A stretch of 64,000 bases of DNA from an uncultured Verrucomicrobiae bacterium (GCA_963764165.1 CAVXRD010000002.1:2048001-2112000), one strand, 5' to 3'; numbered from the stretch's first letter, positions 28,666-39,919 are shown. Translations and numbers: made by a program. The notes: generated from the sequence alone by a model not told the origin.

Positions 28666-31065
28666 TTAATTTGCGCGCAGCCGCAGAACAGTGAAAGAAT
28701 TTCCCGGGAACGAGCGCAGCAGACTTTTGCCGGTGAAGTGGATCGCCTCCGTTTTGGGCGAGACTTTCAGGGGCTCATCAATCGAATTTTCATCCAGGCC
28801 ACTGCCAGAGGTCAGCACGGTGGCTTGACCAGCCCCGGACAGATTTTGCGCCCCTGTCAAGTCAAGCGCAGTCTCCAGCGCTTCGGCGCTGGTATTGACA
28901 ACCTTTACAATGACATCGCCAGATTTTTCGTCGCGCGCGGCGCAGGCGTGGATGGCTTTGATTCCCGCCGACGATTCGTAATCCACATCGTGGATCAATT
29001 GGCCGTCGAGGTAACACTTCACACGCGTGCGCGCTATCTCGATTTTGATATCATACCAGCGGTTGGATTCTATGTGGCTCGGCTTGGAGTCGATGGCTCC
29101 GCTTCCGGCTTCAATGGCATCTTTCGTATTCCCCCACCCGCCGATATTCCACCAGATTCGGTCCTCGTCCTCCTTGATGTGGAACAAAATCAGGAAGCCC
29201 TCGCGTCCGCCTATTTTCCGCGCCTTCAGCGTCAGGGTGCAATCAGTCCAGGCCTTGTCTCCGGCCAATGCCCGCACAAATTCCTTTTCCGTGTTTTCCC
29301 GCAAAGCGCCGTCCTTAACGGACCAGTCGCCGCCCCCCAGTTTATTCCAGCCATCGGCGCTGGTGGAAAAGTCCGAAGTGAATAATGCCGTTCCATCCGG
29401 CGCGGTGACTTTGATGTCTTTGAACTCGGCCCGCGTGTTCCAGGTTCCGACGCCAATCATGCCGCTGCCTGGCGCAAGATGCAGAATCGGCGTTTCCACC
29501 TGCGCCGGCAATTCCTCATCACCGCGATTTTCGCTGAACATCTGCTGGACATAATAACTGGGCAGGCCGTACCAGCGCGAACTGTCGAAATTGATCAGGT
29601 CGGGATTCCAGGCGCGATGATTCAAGTTCACCAGCAAGGGCGCGTATGCGGCCATCACCACCACGTCGGAATTGCGTTCCATGCCGGCCATGAAGGCCGC
29701 TTCCCCAATAGCCGCGCGCAGGTTGCCCAATCCGCATTTTTCAGTGACGGCATATTCGCCGACGAAAATTTTCGGACCGGTGCGGCTGTATCGGTCATAT
29801 TGGTCCGCCCGCCGCATGAAAGCCTCCGGTGATTCGTAATAATGTTCGTCAACGATATCTGGCGAAGGCCCCTTCGGCCCCAGGCGGCCGTGCAAATCCG
29901 AGTTGGCAATGCATTGGATGTAGGGATATTGGGCGCGAATCGCATTGACCAGCAACGGCCACCGTTCCAGGTAATCCGGCCCGCCGTTTTCATTGCCAAT
30001 TTCCATGTATTTCAGGTTGAACGGCGCGGGATGCCCCGCCGCCGCCCGCATCGCGCCCCAGGTGGAATTCGTGGGGCCGTTGGCATATTCCACCACGTCC
30101 AAGGCGTCCTGCACCCATTGCGACATGCGATCCAGCGGCACGGTTTCTTTATGCGACATGCCGACATTGATGCAGAATAACGGCTCGGCGCCGAGGTCCT
30201 CGGACAATTGCAAATATTCGTGAAGTCCCATTCCCTGGGTGGCGTTGTAACCCCAGATGTTCCAAAGCGGCGCTCGCACATCGATGTTCCCAACGGTATT
30301 CTTCCAGTGGTTCATATGCGCAAAATCATCTCCCTCCACCCAGCAGCCGCCGGGAAAACGCATGAATTTCGGATGCAGTCCGTCAAGCGACTTCGCCAAA
30401 TCCACCCGCAGGCCATGATCCTTCCACGTTTTCTCCGGCATCAACGACACCATGTCGAGAAACAGGGTGCCTTTGCCTTCACCGGAAACTTCCAATTTGC
30501 CGCGCGGGTCGCTGGCTTTCGGAGTCAAGCGCAGGGTGTGATAATTCCAGCGGTTGCCGATTCCCGAAATTTCGCCACTGGCCAGCGCTTCACCGGCACT
30601 GCTCAATAATTTCACCGTCAGCTTCCCCTCGAATCGGTCACCGCGCGCGGCCACTTTGAATGCATAGCCGTCACCTTCGACGAAATTCATTCCCCAGAAA
30701 CCTTCATTTTGGAGCGTGAAAGCCCCGTCCGTCTTCACACGAAGTGAGTTGCGGTTAAACGGATTCAACGGCGTCGGCTGTCCATGCACGTCGGCCGTGC
30801 TGATCGCGGCTTCGTTGGTGCCGCTGGCGCTGGCGAACTTCCAGTTTTCCGACGTGCTGCCATCCTCAAATGAGCGGTTGCGAACCATCTCGGGATAAAT
30901 GCCGCCGTCGGTGGACATATTGATGTCCTCGAAGAAAATGCCCCACAACGTCGGCGAAATTGGGTGGGAAGGCTGCGCCACGTCGACAGTGATTCTCGCT
31001 GGTTGGGCGTTGATTGAAATTGCCGATGCCAGAACCGCCGCCGCCAAATAGGTTCTCAGGTTCAT
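28666..31065 (-). CDS. GH51 alpha-L-arabinofuranosidase
   Basis: GIFFEDIN, RFPGGC, IGNEN, VGEYA and ERNSDVV motifs. Confidence 0.93.
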   Translation of the reverse strand: MNLRTYLAAAVLASAISINAQPARITVDVAQPSHPISPTLWGIFFEDINMSTDGGIYPEMVRNRSFEDGSTSENWKFASASGTNEAAISTADVHGQPTPLNPFNRNSLRVKTDGAFTLQNEGFWGMNFVEGDGYAFKVAARGDRFEGKLTVKLLSSAGEALASGEISGIGNRWNYHTLRLTPKASDPRGKLEVSGEGKGTLFLDMVSLMPEKTWKDHGLRVDLAKSLDGLHPKFMRFPGGCWVEGDDFAHMNHWKNTVGNIDVRAPLWNIWGYNATQGMGLHEYLQLSEDLGAEPLFCINVGMSHKETVPLDRMSQWVQDALDVVEYANGPTNSTWGAMRAAAGHPAPFNLKYMEIGNENGGPDYLERWPLLVNAIRAQYPYIQCIANSDLHGRLGPKGPSPDIVDEHYYESPEAFMRRADQYDRYSRTGPKIFVGEYAVTEKCGLGNLRAAIGEAAFMAGMERNSDVVVMAAYAPLLVNLNHRAWNPDLINFDSSRWYGLPSYYVQQMFSENRGDEELPAQVETPILHLAPGSGMIGVGTWNTRAEFKDIKVTAPDGTALFTSDFSTSADGWNKLGGGDWSVKDGALRENTEKEFVRALAGDKAWTDCTLTLKARKIGGREGFLILFHIKEDEDRIWWNIGGWGNTKDAIEAGSGAIDSKPSHIESNRWYDIKIEIARTRVKCYLDGQLIHDVDYESSAGIKAIHACAARDEKSGDVIVKVVNTSAEALETALDLTGAQNLSGAGQATVLTSGSGLDENSIDEPLKVSPKTEAIHFTGKSLLRSFPGNSFTVLRLRAN

Positions 31066-31110
31066 GGGGTATGATCTATTGAAAATCAACGAGCGCCAAG
31101 CTCGTTGATT

Positions 31111-31231
31111 GGTAGGGACGCCTCGCCGAGGCGTCCGGGGTGAGGCATTATTCACGCAAAACGCCAGAAGTATTTTCACGCGCAACCGGACGCCACGGGC
31201 CGAAGTTCGGCTTCCCAAAGGCGTCCCTACC
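31111..31231. repeat. GTAG-type REP doublet
   Basis: GGTAGGGACGCCTCGCCGAGGCGTCC ... GGCGTCCCTACC. Confidence 0.85.
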
Positions 31232-31286
31232 TCGGAATTAAGAGGCGTCTGCCCTGATAGGTTTCTTGGTGACAGTTCTTTTTGCA

Positions 31287-32801
31287 TTAGCCAACCCAGC
31301 CGCTTTTCAATCCGTAAGCGCATTCGTTCCAAGTCAATTCCTGTTTGAACTGGCGCAGCTTGGTGTCGGCATCAATCACCAGCACTTCGAGTCCGGCGAT
31401 GGCGCCGAAATCTTCAAGCATCTCGGTGGTCACAGTCTGGCTGAAACCTGTGTGATGCGCGCCCCCGGCATATATCCACGCGCCGCACGCGACCTCAAAA
31501 CTCGGACGGCATTGCCATACCGCCCGAGCCACGGGCAGCTTCGGCATCTCATGCTCCACCGCCACGCAATCCACCTCGCTGATGAGCAGGCGGAAGCGAT
31601 TGCCGAAATCCATGAGCGCCGCATTGACCGCCGCGCCTGCGGGCGTGTTGAATACGAGCCGGGCCGGATCGGCCTTGCCGCCAATGCCCAGTGGATGCAC
31701 CTGCAACGACGCTTTGCTGTCCGCAATGGTGGGGCAAATCTCCAGCATGTGCGCTCCGAGAACGAGCTTGTTGCCCGGCTGCAGATGGTAAGTGTAATCC
31801 TCCATGAACGAAGTGCCGCCTTTAAGGCCGCTAGCCATGACCTTCATCGCGCGAACCAGCGCGGCGGTCTTCCAATCGCCTTCGCCCGCAAAACCAAATC
31901 CAGCCGCCATCATGCGCTGCGCGCCGACACCCGGCAATTGGGCCAGGCCATGCAAATCTTCGAACGTGTCGGTGAAACCCTTGAAGCCGCCATCAATAAG
32001 GAATTTCTCGATGCCAAGTTCGATTCTCGCCGCTTCGCGCACCGATTTGCTCCGCTTGCCGCCTTTCTTCAGATCGTCGGCCATTTCGTAACTGGCTTCG
32101 TAAGTTTTGCAAAGAGCGTCCACTTCCTTTTCCGCAACCGCATTCACAACCTGGACAAGGTCACCCACACCGTAAGTGTTTACGCTGAAGCCGAATTTCA
32201 TCTGCGCGGCCACCTTGTCACCTTCGGTCACCGCTACTTCGCGCATGTTATCGCCGAATCGAACAAACTTCGCGCCCTGCCAATCGGCCCAGGCGGCCGC
32301 CGCGCGAGTCCACGCGCCAATTTTTTCCTGGGTGTCCGCTTCCTGCCAGAAACCGACCACCACCTTTCGGCTGCGGCGCATGCGGCTCATAATGAAGCCA
32401 TGCTCGCGATCACCATGCGCCGCCTGGTTCATGTTCATGAAATCCATGTCGATCTCCGTCCACGGCAAGTCGCGATTGTATTGAGTGTGCAAATGGCAAA
32501 TCGGCTTGCGCAGCAGCATGAGGCCGTTAATCCACATCTTGGACGGCGAGAAAGTGTGACACCACGTAATCAAACCAATGCATTTGGGGGCGTTATTGGC
32601 CGCCTGGCAGAGAGCCGTCACCGCCTCGGTCGATTCCATCACGGGCTTGAAGATGACCTTGACTGGGATGGCTCGCGCTGCATTCAGCGCCTTGGCGATT
32701 TCCTGAGAATGTGCGGCGACTTTCCTGAGAGTTTCCGGCCCGTAGAGATGCTGGCTGCCGGTGACAAACCAGACTTCGTGGAGCTTCAGGTTCATGCTCA
32801 T
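31287..32801 (-). CDS. araA: L-arabinose isomerase
   Basis: [27 protein letters not shown] and HMLE motifs. Confidence 0.97.
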   Translation of the reverse strand: MSMNLKLHEVWFVTGSQHLYGPETLRKVAAHSQEIAKALNAARAIPVKVIFKPVMESTEAVTALCQAANNAPKCIGLITWCHTFSPSKMWINGLMLLRKPICHLHTQYNRDLPWTEIDMDFMNMNQAAHGDREHGFIMSRMRRSRKVVVGFWQEADTQEKIGAWTRAAAAWADWQGAKFVRFGDNMREVAVTEGDKVAAQMKFGFSVNTYGVGDLVQVVNAVAEKEVDALCKTYEASYEMADDLKKGGKRSKSVREAARIELGIEKFLIDGGFKGFTDTFEDLHGLAQLPGVGAQRMMAAGFGFAGEGDWKTAALVRAMKVMASGLKGGTSFMEDYTYHLQPGNKLVLGAHMLEICPTIADSKASLQVHPLGIGGKADPARLVFNTPAGAAVNAALMDFGNRFRLLISEVDCVAVEHEMPKLPVARAVWQCRPSFEVACGAWIYAGGAHHTGFSQTVTTEMLEDFGAIAGLEVLVIDADTKLRQFKQELTWNECAYGLKSGWVG

Positions 32802-33215
32802 AAATTAAACAGGAGAAAAACCGAGAGAACAGAGAAAAATGCCCCTTTTTGATCTCAAGCATGGCGCGAACGTGATCGGCCTTCCCAGCCGCACGCGTGT
32901 AAAACACCATGGCTGGTGAGTGCCGTTGGGCACGCCATTTTCATCTCGGGGGGAAATGAGTGGGCGGGGGCGCATGGCACCGCCCCACCTTAATTGGATC
33001 GTTTCCTGGGTCCGGCTGTTCCAAGGCCCCGAAATTGCAACAGGAAATCATGGAAGAGCCAGCAGAAAGACACAAAGCACACGACGGAGGGCGAACCGCC
33101 CGAAACCGATGATTTGCCCCCCTTCGCGGTCTCCATGTCCTTCTGTCAAGACTTTCCCGCAAATTGATTATCGCTGGCTTGTATATTTGACTCCAACGGC
33201 ACGGATGCAGCATTG

Positions 33216-34091
33216 TCACATGGCGGGCACGAACTCGGTCCAGATTTCTGTTCCGAACTTCGCTTTGAATTTTTCGAGAATCGATTGCGCTGAAGGCTGA
33301 TTGGCAACCAGGGCGAAGGTGGCCGAGCCGCTGCCGGACATCAGTGTGCCGAGGGCGCCTTGCTCGCGGAAAAATTCCTGGAATAATTCCAGCAGCGGAT
33401 ACTTCCACAAGGCAGGCGCTTCAAGGGAATTGTAGAGACCCTTGGCCGCCGAGGGGAGATCCTTCCGCAATAGATCAGCCAATTGCCGGGCCCGCCCCGG
33501 CTTGCCGTTCACCACTTCCGGGAATTTGGCGAGTTGCTGGTAAGCCCATGGCGTCGAAATGCCGAATCCAGGATGTACAAGGATAAACCAAGCGCCGCGC
33601 ATCGTCTCGAACGGATTTAACGGCTCTATGAACTCGCCCCTGCCTGTGGCGATCGCGGGGGCGTTCTGCAAAAAGAAAGGAACATCCGAGCCCAGCCCCC
33701 CCGCCAATTCCCAAACCTTCTGCGCCGGCAGCGGTTGGCCAAATAATTCGTTCATGGCCAGAAAAGTCGCCGCCGCGTTGCCGCTTCCGCCGCCAATGCC
33801 GGCCGCCACGGGCAGTTTCTTTTCCAGATGGATGCGCACGCCATCGCTGGCGCCGATTCCCGCCGCCTTGGCAAACAGGTCGGCGGCTCGCACGATCAAA
33901 TTCCTGCCGTCGGTTGGGAGGGTAGGGTCGCTGCAACTGAGTTGAATGCCAGTGCCCGCACGCTCGAATGAAAGCTGGTCGAACAAGGGAACCGGATGCA
34001 TGAGCGTTTCAAGTTCATGGAAGCCGTCGGCGCGTTTGCCGAGGATATTGAGCAAAAGGTTGACCTTGCAGCCTGAAGCTTTCGTCAACAT
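33216..34091 (-). CDS. ispE: 4-diphosphocytidyl-2-C-methyl-D-erythritol kinase
   Basis: KVNL.L...DGFHEL, P.AAGIGGGS, GSDVPFF and MSGSG motifs. Confidence 0.95.
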   Translation of the reverse strand: MLTKASGCKVNLLLNILGKRADGFHELETLMHPVPLFDQLSFERAGTGIQLSCSDPTLPTDGRNLIVRAADLFAKAAGIGASDGVRIHLEKKLPVAAGIGGGSGNAAATFLAMNELFGQPLPAQKVWELAGGLGSDVPFFLQNAPAIATGRGEFIEPLNPFETMRGAWFILVHPGFGISTPWAYQQLAKFPEVVNGKPGRARQLADLLRKDLPSAAKGLYNSLEAPALWKYPLLELFQEFFREQGALGTLMSGSGSATFALVANQPSAQSILEKFKAKFGTEIWTEFVPAM

Positions 34092-34133
34092 GGGAAATCT
34101 CCGCCCACTTGGCGGACACCGCCGAGCTTCGAC

Positions 34134-34580
34134 TTAGTTGTCGAAGATATGGAAACGGGAACCTGGGATGATCGGGGCGACATCGCCACCGGCAAATCCA
34201 AGGTTCGTATCCGGTGCCGTGATCGAATCAGCCAGCCAGTTCGGCTTGTAGCTTTCCGGATAAACGGGATCGGTCGGGCGCAGGATGGGGCCGTAATCGT
34301 TGCGGCCGTGATTGGGAATGGGGAAAGTGATGACTTCGTAAAGTCCTGCAAAGGTGCGTTCAAAACTCTTGTCGACGCCACGAGCCAAGCCGGTAGTGTA
34401 AGATTGGTCGGGCGAGCCAAAGATCGCGGTTTGCTCGAACGAGCGGCGGATTTCCCCGCCGCGCGCAAATTCAGTCATGTTGTTAATGCCGCGCCCCAGT
34501 TTTTGTTCAGGGCCAGCACAGCCAACGGCGATGCAGGAGACGGCAACGATAGGCAGCAAAACGCAAATCTTGTTTAGCAT
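34134..34580 (-). CDS. Exosortase system-associated lipoprotein (TIGR04073-like)
   Basis: KLGRGINN and RTFAGLYEVITFP motifs; lipobox AVGC. Confidence 0.75.
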   Translation of the reverse strand: MLNKICVLLPIVAVSCIAVGCAGPEQKLGRGINNMTEFARGGEIRRSFEQTAIFGSPDQSYTTGLARGVDKSFERTFAGLYEVITFPIPNHGRNDYGPILRPTDPVYPESYKPNWLADSITAPDTNLGFAGGDVAPIIPGSRFHIFDN

Positions 34581-34690
34581 ATTCACACTCTTTAATGGAC
34601 TTTACAGTGCCGCCGCGGGACCTGTCCAGTATTTTTTTGCGGGAAAAAACCTGCTTTTGACCTACTGTTGCGGCCGGTGGGAATGGATTC

Positions 34691-36901
34691 ATGAAGGAAC
34701 GACTTTGGAATCGAATTGGGAGAGCTAAACGCATGTCTGCGTCAATGAGCGTTCGCGTGGCTGCCATGGCAGTGGCCGCTATGTCCGCCATCCCTGCCGC
34801 ATCCCAGGAAACCAATTCGCCCGCTAGCACCAACGGCACTCCCGTCTTGCCCGCCATCGAGGTGCGAGGGAGCGATTACGGCGCGCTGACCGCGCCTTCC
34901 CGGTCGGAGGCCGAGCAACTCAAGACTCAGGTTCCCGGCGCCTTCACCATTCGCGGCTCGGCCAAAATGGATGAAGGGCGCGCCTCCAACTTTGAGGATT
35001 TTCTCGGCGGCATTCCAGGTGTCACGCTGCAATCGGAAAATGAAATGGAAGCCAGCAAAATATCCATTCGCGGCTCCGGCATTCTTTCGGAGGATGAGCC
35101 ACTGGGCGTCAATTTCCTGCTGGATGGGTTTACCTTCAACCAAGGGGACGGCGAAGTCATCCTCGAAGATTTCGACGTCAACAGCATTGATTACGCGGAA
35201 GTCTATCGCGGGGCCAGCGCGTTCAAATACGGCGCATTGACGCTCGGTGGGGCGGTAAACCTCGTTTCCAGGACAGGATACACGTCGGACCCGCTGAGCG
35301 TGCGCATCGAAGGCGGCAGTTACGGTTACGTCCACAGCGAGATGAGTTCCGGCGGCGTGTCCGGGCCGCTGGATTATTTCGTTTCCATTTCCGCCCGCAC
35401 CCGCGACGGCTACCGCGAACACAGCTACGAAGACACGGAAATCCTCACTGCCAACATTGGCTACCGTTTCGCCACCAATGTGGAAAACAGGTTCTTCTTG
35501 ACAGCGGATCAGACCGACCGCCTTCTGCCGGGCGGATTGACCAAGGATGAAATGTATTCCAATCCGCGCCAGACCGATCCAGACGCGCCAGCCCCGGGCG
35601 CGGCGCCGTACGCAATATCGCAGGATTACAACAAGCAATGGTATTATTTGCGCCTGGCCGACAAGGTCAGCGTCAAGACAGACACGCTGCAAGCCGACGC
35701 GGGCGGCTTTTGGTGGCATCGCAACATCCAGGAAAAAGGCCCTTACAACGACGAATCCGACGAGGGCATCCAAAATTTCTTCGCGGACAATGTCGGCATC
35801 ATTCTTAATGCGACGATCCATTTGGAAGTCTTCGGGCAGAAAAGCACCATCACGGCAGGCTTCGATCCCAACATCGAACGCGAGGTCGACGCGAATTACG
35901 TGAACGTCGGCGGCCAGCTCGGGCCAACGACCGCCCACGACCAGGAGTTTTCCGTCAACGGTCCGCTCTTCTTTGAAGACCAGCAATACCTGACCGAGCG
36001 GCTTTCGCTGGTGGCGGGATTGCAGGCGACCTACGCCCAGCGCCATTTCAGCGATTTTTATTTTCAGCCCGACGCCTCGATGAACGTCGTCTACCGCGGC
36101 CTGAACCCGAAATTCGGCGCCATTTATGAATTCAACAAGACAAACCAGATTTTCGCCAACATCAGCAAATCCTGGCAAGCGCCCTCTTTCGACAATATGA
36201 TTGACTTCGACAGCGCGCCGGAGGTGGACGCCACCATCCTGAGTCCGCAGAGCGCCCGGACCGCCGAAATCGGGACGCGCGGCGAATGGGGGCGCGCGCA
36301 ATGGGATCTGGCGCTTTATCATTCCTGGGTGCATAGCGAGCTTCTGGAAATCAACAACTCCGCCGGCGTTGATATCGGCGCCGTGAACATAAATCGCTCC
36401 ATGCATCAAGGCATCGAAGCAGGATTGGATCTGGATTTGCTCGATTCCATGATCACCAAACCCAAGGGAAGCCGCGGAGGCGACAAGCTGGCGCTGGATC
36501 AATCGTTCACACTGAATGATTTTCATTTCCAGGATGATCCCACCTACGGCAACAACCGCATCGGGGGCTTGCCCATTTACGTTTACCAAGCCGGTTTGAT
36601 GTACACATCGCCGTTCGGCTTTTACGCCGGGCCGACGGTCACGTGGAACATCACGAAATATCCGGCCGACCATGAAAATAGTCTTTACGCGGATTCGTAT
36701 GCCTTGCTCGGCTTCAAAATGGGATATCAAATGAAAAAGGGATTTTCCGTTTTCTTCGAGGCCAAAAATTTGACCGACGTCACTTACGCATCGTCCGTGG
36801 ATCCGATTCCGTCCGCCCGCAATCCAGCCAACGGGCCTTACAGCGTTTTCCATCCGGGCGACGGCATTTCGTTTTACGGCGGTGTGAGCTACGTGTGGTG
36901 A
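34691..36901 (+). CDS. TonB-dependent receptor
   Basis: Plug motifs (ISIRGSG, EVYRGAS...GGAVN); beta-barrel with terminal aromatic residue. Confidence 0.9.
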   Translation: MKERLWNRIGRAKRMSASMSVRVAAMAVAAMSAIPAASQETNSPASTNGTPVLPAIEVRGSDYGALTAPSRSEAEQLKTQVPGAFTIRGSAKMDEGRASNFEDFLGGIPGVTLQSENEMEASKISIRGSGILSEDEPLGVNFLLDGFTFNQGDGEVILEDFDVNSIDYAEVYRGASAFKYGALTLGGAVNLVSRTGYTSDPLSVRIEGGSYGYVHSEMSSGGVSGPLDYFVSISARTRDGYREHSYEDTEILTANIGYRFATNVENRFFLTADQTDRLLPGGLTKDEMYSNPRQTDPDAPAPGAAPYAISQDYNKQWYYLRLADKVSVKTDTLQADAGGFWWHRNIQEKGPYNDESDEGIQNFFADNVGIILNATIHLEVFGQKSTITAGFDPNIEREVDANYVNVGGQLGPTTAHDQEFSVNGPLFFEDQQYLTERLSLVAGLQATYAQRHFSDFYFQPDASMNVVYRGLNPKFGAIYEFNKTNQIFANISKSWQAPSFDNMIDFDSAPEVDATILSPQSARTAEIGTRGEWGRAQWDLALYHSWVHSELLEINNSAGVDIGAVNINRSMHQGIEAGLDLDLLDSMITKPKGSRGGDKLALDQSFTLNDFHFQDDPTYGNNRIGGLPIYVYQAGLMYTSPFGFYAGPTVTWNITKYPADHENSLYADSYALLGFKMGYQMKKGFSVFFEAKNLTDVTYASSVDPIPSARNPANGPYSVFHPGDGISFYGGVSYVW

Positions 36902-36926
36902 GTTTTTAAGGTAGGGACGCCTCGCC

Positions 36927-38609
36927 AAGATTGTCTCAAAACTTCTGTTTTTTGAGGAATGTATTTGACAATATGTGAGCCTTTAGTTGACAATGCCGTT
37001 CAACAAATATGGCTCAACCGATTGCCCCTGATTACGGACAGCAGTTCCTCCTCCCGCCCGCCCTGGAGGACTGGGTGTCCGCCGACCATCCCGCCCGCTT
37101 CCTGCGCGAATTTGTCGACCAGTTGGATCTGCCCCAGCTTGGGTTTGTCATTCCCGCCGCCGCCGAAGGCCGTCCGCCCTATGCCCCCAGCCTCCTGCTC
37201 AAGATTTGGCTTTACGGTTATTTCCACCGCATTCGCTCCACCCGCAAGCTGGAAACCGCCTGCACGGAGCATGTCTCGCTGCTGTGGCTGACGGGGCTCA
37301 ACGCCCCCGACCACAACAGCCTCTGGCGGTTCTGGGACGGAAACAAAAAGGCCCTGCGCCAGGTTTTCAAGCAAACCGTGCAGCTGGCCCTCCGCACCGG
37401 GGCGGTGGGATTTGCCTTGCAAGCGTTGGACGGCACCAAGATTCAAGCCGCCTGCAGCGGGCCGCAGGGCTGGAGCAAGGTTTACATGGAGAAGCTCCTG
37501 GCCCAGCTGGATGGCGCCTTGGAGGAAATCGAGCTCAAAGTCGTGGCGGAGAACCAGGATTCCAGCGCACCGGGCTGCCGGCTGCCCGCCGGGTTGGCCC
37601 AGCGCCAGGCCCTGCGCGAGGAAATCAAAAAAGGCCTGGCCCAGCTGCAGGCCGACGGGCGCCACCATTACCATCCAGCCGAACCGGAGGCGCGCCGGAT
37701 GAAAGTCGGCGACACCAACCGCTTTGCCTACAACGCCCAGGCGGTGGCCGACAGCCAGGAGGGCATCATGGTCGCCTGTCAAGCCACCCGCCAGGAAACC
37801 GACGCCGGCCAGCTGGTCCCCATGATTGAAGAAGCGAGGCAAAACCTCGGTCCGGCGGCCATTCCAACCCTCACCGCCGCCGACGCCGGCTATGGGGGCG
37901 GGGCCGACTTGAAAGCGGCCGTGGAACAGCAGATGAATGTGCTGGCCCCGCCGGCGGAGGGCAAGCCAGCCCACGACAACGCCTACGCGACGCAGCATTT
38001 TCATTATGACGAGGCGGCCCACACCGTCACCTGCCCGCAAGAGCGCCTTCTGGACCACGAAGGCCAGACCACCAAGAAAGGCCAGACCGTTGAGCGCTTC
38101 CGCTGCCATCACCGAGACTGTCCCGTGCGCGCCCTCTGCAGCCGCGATCCCAAAGGGCGGCAAGTCGAAGTGTGGCCGCACACCACGCTGGTGCAAGCCA
38201 TGCGGGCCCGGCTGCAAGAGCCAGGACCCGCCGCGCTTTATGGAAAGCGCAAAGAGATCATCGAACGCCGGTTTGGGCAGCTCAAGCAACACGACGGCTT
38301 TCGGCGTTGGACAGTTTGGGGTCTGGAAGCCGTGCAAGCCCAATGGGCCTTGTTATGCGCCACCTTGAACCTGCGAATCCTCTATAAAAAGTGGCAGGCC
38401 CGGGTCCAGACGCCGAAAATGGAAGTCAAAACCGCCGCGGTTGAAGGAAATTTGGCGATGGCGGCCTAAAAAAGGAGGGAAAGGGAAGCTTGGCGTCATC
38501 GCTGACGCCAGCCACGCTCTGACAACTAAAAGTTGACACCCGTTTCCACAGCCCCTATTGGTGCCCATATAACCAGATCGGCCAGACTAAAACGTTTTGA
38601 GACAGTCTC
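36927..38609 (+). mobile_element. IS1182-family insertion sequence, copy 1 (1,683 bp, target duplication CGCC)
   Basis: Terminal inverted repeats AAGATTGTCTCAAAAC / GTTTTGAGACAGTCTC; 4-bp duplication. Confidence 0.93.
37009..38469 (+). CDS. IS1182-family DDE transposase
   Basis: QFLLPP.LEDW...HP, GRPPY.P...LK..LYGY, DGTKI.A, AYNAQ, ADAGY and IERRFG.LK motifs. Confidence 0.95.
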   Translation: MAQPIAPDYGQQFLLPPALEDWVSADHPARFLREFVDQLDLPQLGFVIPAAAEGRPPYAPSLLLKIWLYGYFHRIRSTRKLETACTEHVSLLWLTGLNAPDHNSLWRFWDGNKKALRQVFKQTVQLALRTGAVGFALQALDGTKIQAACSGPQGWSKVYMEKLLAQLDGALEEIELKVVAENQDSSAPGCRLPAGLAQRQALREEIKKGLAQLQADGRHHYHPAEPEARRMKVGDTNRFAYNAQAVADSQEGIMVACQATRQETDAGQLVPMIEEARQNLGPAAIPTLTAADAGYGGGADLKAAVEQQMNVLAPPAEGKPAHDNAYATQHFHYDEAAHTVTCPQERLLDHEGQTTKKGQTVERFRCHHRDCPVRALCSRDPKGRQVEVWPHTTLVQAMRARLQEPGPAALYGKRKEIIERRFGQLKQHDGFRRWTVWGLEAVQAQWALLCATLNLRILYKKWQARVQTPKMEVKTAAVEGNLAMAA

Positions 38610-38694
38610 CGCCGAGGCGTCCGGTTGCGCGGGAATAAATGCCGCGGCCTGCGCGAAAATAACACCCCGCTCCGGACGCCTCGGCGACGCGTCC

Positions 38695-39441
38695 CTACCA
38701 TTGACCGCGCAATTTGCGGACGGCCTCCGCGTCGGTCACGGTAAAGTCTTCTTCGGATTGCTTGACAGTGCCGCCGAAGGAAACTTGAGGCCGCGCCGCA
38801 GCCGAGCGGTCCTTGCTGGTGGTGCTGAGCGACGCGTGAATTTGGTCGCAGCCGGTGCGGGCAATGACATCCGCCACGGTAAATCGATTGAGTCCGCCCG
38901 CCGGCAAAATTTCGATGCGTCCCGCCGCTTGTTTGATGTAAGCCGCAATCGCAGCCGCGCCGTTGTAAGCGCTCGCCTCCTGCCCGGAGGTCATGACGCG
39001 GGTGACACCCAGATCAATCAATTGCTCCAGGACTTCCGAGGGATTCCGCACCACGTCGAAGGCGCGATGAAACACCGCCTGTTTTCCGGCGGCCAATTTC
39101 ATCATCTGCCGGCAGCGGTCAACATCCAGCGCGCCGGCCTCGGTGAGAAAGCCGAACGCGATGCCATCTGCCCCTTCCGCGAGCGCCAATTCGGCGTCGC
39201 GCTGCATGACGGAAAATTCGGAACGGCTGTAGAAAAACCCAGCCGCGCGCGGCCGGACCATCGAAATGATCGGCAGCCGCACCGCGGCCCGGGCCTCGCG
39301 CAGTGTCCCAAGGGAAGGCGTCAGCCCTCCCAGCAACAGCGCGCAATTGAGTTCAACACGATCCGCGCCGCCGGCTTCGGCTTTGACGCAGTCGTCGACC
39401 GAGGCGGTGCAAATTTCAAGTTTGATCGCGCTCACGGCCAA
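38695..39441 (-). CDS. cutC: Copper homeostasis protein CutC
   Basis: LEIC, GADRVELN...GGLTPS, FHRAFD and TSG motifs. Confidence 0.93.
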   Translation of the reverse strand: MAVSAIKLEICTASVDDCVKAEAGGADRVELNCALLLGGLTPSLGTLREARAAVRLPIISMVRPRAAGFFYSRSEFSVMQRDAELALAEGADGIAFGFLTEAGALDVDRCRQMMKLAAGKQAVFHRAFDVVRNPSEVLEQLIDLGVTRVMTSGQEASAYNGAAAIAAYIKQAAGRIEILPAGGLNRFTVADVIARTGCDQIHASLSTTSKDRSAAARPQVSFGGTVKQSEEDFTVTDAEAVRKLRGQW

Positions 39442-39481
39442 TAAAAAGAGAGGCGGGGCCAGCCCGCCTCGTTGCCCGCCC

Positions 39482-39766
39482 TTACTTCTTCAAGTGACCG
39501 GAGACCAGCTTGGTCATCTCGAACATGCTGACTTGCTTCTTGCCGTTGAAAACGGCTTTGAGAGCGTCATCAGCATTGATGAGGGTCTTCTTTTTCGCGT
39601 CCTGCAGTCCGTTTTTGCGGATGTAGACCCAGAGCTTTTTGGTCAGCTCCGTGCGGGGAAGAGGTTTCTCGCCCACAACTTTGGCCAGCGCTTCATCCGG
39701 GGTCACCGGTTTCATGAACGCCGCGTTGGGTTTTCTTTTAGCAGCCTTAGGTGTTTTAGTAGCCAT
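39482..39766 (-). CDS. SWIB/MDM2-domain protein
   Basis: PRTELTKKLWVYIRKNGLQD and VSMFEMTKLVS motifs. Confidence 0.93.
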   Translation of the reverse strand: MATKTPKAAKRKPNAAFMKPVTPDEALAKVVGEKPLPRTELTKKLWVYIRKNGLQDAKKKTLINADDALKAVFNGKKQVSMFEMTKLVSGHLKK

Positions 39767-39919
39767 GCCTCTCCATTTGCCCGTAGACATCGGGGAACGC
39801 AACATCAAAATTTGACATGAATTTTGCGAACTTTCCCGCGGCTGCCCCGGGAAGGGGCGCTTTTGTCAATATAAATACAATTGACAAGTGTCGCCCTGGC
39901 GGCATCGTGAGCTGACATG

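Larger units (their letters stand above)
36910..38699. repeat. GTAG REP doublet interrupted by IS1182 copy 1
   Basis: GGTAGGGACGCCT[CGCC]-IS-[CGCC]GAGGCGTCC...CGTCCCTACC. Confidence 0.9.

Noticed and set aside
31066..31332. Extended N-terminus of GH51 in the ORF track
   Set aside because: It runs through a REP element and overlaps araA; the signal peptide starts at 31065.
34587..34690. Riboswitch upstream of the TonB receptor (also checked upstream of guaA)
   Set aside because: The intergenic regions are short and show no cobalamin, TPP or purine aptamer motifs.
34742..36928. Long antisense ORFs (also 31266-32852, 37000-38343, 40062-41600, 52849-54192)
   Set aside because: Mirror frames of well-supported genes in GC-rich DNA, with no recognisable motifs.
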